From: Hemiscyllium ocellatum
Taxonomy: Eukaryota
Length of the DNA: 64,000 nt
Assembly: GCF_020745735.1 (NCBI RefSeq)
Contig: NW_026867531.1
Location: 310,001 to 374,000, forward strand
Direction of reading: 5' to 3'
Shown here in pieces: positions 63,080 to 64,000 of this stretch (the first letter of the stretch is position 1; the number at the start of each line of letters is the position of its first letter). The notes under the pieces are model-generated. The model was not told where the DNA came from. It saw only the letters and a program-made list of their open reading frames with translations, and did no database searches. A program made the translations under genes and the position numbers.

Positions 63080-64000
63080 GAAAGGATAGCAAAGATGATT
63101 CTCGATAGGAGTGAGAGAGACAGGGTAGTTCTCATGGGGCACTTCAACTTTCCAAATATTGACTGGAAACACGATAGTACCAGTACTATAGATGGGTCCG
63201 TTTTTGTCCAGTGTGTGCAGGAGGGCTTCCTGACACAGTATGTAGACAGGCCAATAAGGGGTGAAGACATATTAGATTTGGTCCTGGGTAATGAGCCCGG
63301 CCAGGTGTTAGACTTGGAAGGAGGTGAGCACTTTGGTGATAGCGATCACAATTCTGTTCTGTTTACTTTAGTGATAGAAAGGGATAGATGTATACCACTG
63401 GGCAAGAGTTACAGCTGGGGGAAAGGCAATTACCATGCGATTAGGCAAGGTTTAGGAAGCGTAGGATGGGGAAGGAAACTGCAGGGGATGGGCACATTAG
63501 AAATGTGGAGCTTATTCAAGGAAAAGCTCCTGTGTGTCCTAGATAAGTATGTACCTGTCAGGGAGGGAGGAAGCTGTAGAGCGCAAGAGCCGTGGTTTAT
63601 GAAGGAAGTGGAATCTCTGGTCAAGAGGAAGGAGAAGGCTTAAGTTAGGATGAGATGTGAAGGCTCAGGTAGGGCACTTGAGGGTTACATGGTAGACAGG
63701 AAAGACCTAAAGAGAGAGCTCGACAGAGCCAGGCAGAGACATGAGAAGTTGTTGGCGGATAGGATCATGGTAAACCCTAAGGCTTTCTATAGGTATTTAA
63801 GGAAGAAAAGAATGACAAGAGTAAGATTAGGGTCAATCAAGGATAGGAGTGGGAAGTTGTGTGTGGAGTCAGAGGAGATAGGGGAAGCACTGAATGAATA
63901 TTTTTCGACAGTATTCACTCTAGAAAATGACAGTGTTGTCGAGGAGATTACTGAGATACAGGCTACTAGACCAGTTGGGATTGAGGTTCACAAGGAAGAG
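63080..64000 (+). mobile_element. CR1 ORF2 APE/linker fragment running off the window
   Basis: VVLMGHFNFPNIDW...ILDLVLGNEPG...SDHNSV. Confidence 0.88.

Overview
Vertebrate genomic DNA, most likely from a shark (inferred from IgNAR exons, HE1/V-SINEs, DeuSINEs and CR1 LINEs). No prokaryotic features or CRISPR arrays. At the left end on the minus strand is the 3' half of an IgNAR heavy-chain cluster: C3 (4460-4771, with an in-frame TGA), intact C4 (2181-2489) and intact C5 plus secretory tail (1334-1725), with canonical splice sites and polyA signals. I could find no C2, C1, J, D, V or RSS in the 59 kb upstream. That stretch is almost all retroelements: many CR1 fragments, Penelope-like elements (PLEs) of several families carrying minimal hammerhead-ribozyme motifs, a 4.9-kb Tx1/L1-clade element nested in a PLE end, SINEs, three C2H2 zinc-finger pseudogene fragments, old internal duplications, and an internally deleted endogenous retrovirus (57.05-60.7 kb) whose RT looks class-III/spuma-related or lokiretrovirus-like rather than gamma/epsilon. 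Family assignments come from motif recognition by eye, not database searches. Most repeat boundaries are approximate; splice sites, TSDs and ribozyme cores were counted exactly.
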